A stretch of 63,894 nt of DNA, counting the filler, from Octopus bimaculoides (taxonomy: Eukaryota): assembly GCF_001194135.2 (NCBI RefSeq). It is 6 parts of 5 records of this genome, joined end to end, with 100 filler letters (N's around TTAATTAATTAA, not from the genome) between each part and the next. Parts side by side here need not be neighbours in the genome. Positions count along the whole stretch, not along the records: positions 62,070 to 63,894 come from NW_026403971.1; 5 more parts are not named here. One strand, given 5' to 3'. Positions 63,747 through 63,894 of the stretch are shown piece by piece. Position 1 is the stretch's first letter. Every line of letters starts with the position of its first letter. Position numbers and translations under genes: made by a program. The notes below the pieces were generated by a model. The model had not been told where the DNA came from, searched no databases, and worked only from the letters and a program-made list of their open reading frames with translations.

Positions 63747-63791
63747 GGACCACTGATGAGGTCACAGAAGTGTGACGAAAGAACTCTGGCC
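63747..63791 (+). ncRNA. Minimal type I hammerhead ribozyme motif (copy 3) downstream of the Penelope-like ORF
   Basis: GGACCA-CUGAUGA-G-GUCACA-GAAG-UGUGAC-GAAA-GAAC-UC-UGGCC. Predicted cleavage is after CUC at 63786. Confidence 0.75.
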
Positions 63792-63894
63792 GAAATACGA
63801 TTAATGTAATATAAAGCTGAAGCAAATTAACACCAAATATATAATGCGTGTGTTTTTATTGGCTAAACTGGCAACATGACCATCCCCAAATACA

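Overview
AT-rich, microsatellite-dense, gappy animal genomic DNA. The SINE repertoire looks like octopus, which I judge from recall rather than a database search. The window is six scaffold pieces joined by identical 100-bp spacers (44 N + TTAATTAATTAA + 44 N). One host gene can be built by hand: a 5-exon plus-strand gene (14612-28072) encoding an uncharacterised 233-aa protein, with a perfect RFX X-box just before its ATG, which suggests a ciliary or sperm gene. Almost everything else is transposon debris: four Tx1/L1-type fragments, CR1-type, RTE and Hero/RLE LINE remnants, a Penelope-like element (RT + GIY-YIG), three mariner remnants, a maT/DD37D-like element with TIRs, and many tRNA-derived SINEs. 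The most notable non-coding signals are: a dispersed family of three covarying minimal hammerhead-ribozyme motifs plus one or two further candidates; a 33-bp minisatellite with an internal inversion bounded by GAGGT microhomology; a 96-bp-arm foldback; a pre-miRNA-like hairpin; and an RTE LINE ending in three C2H2 fingers. There is no CRISPR array, rRNA or bona fide tRNA. Element boundaries are approximate unless exact junctions are quoted.
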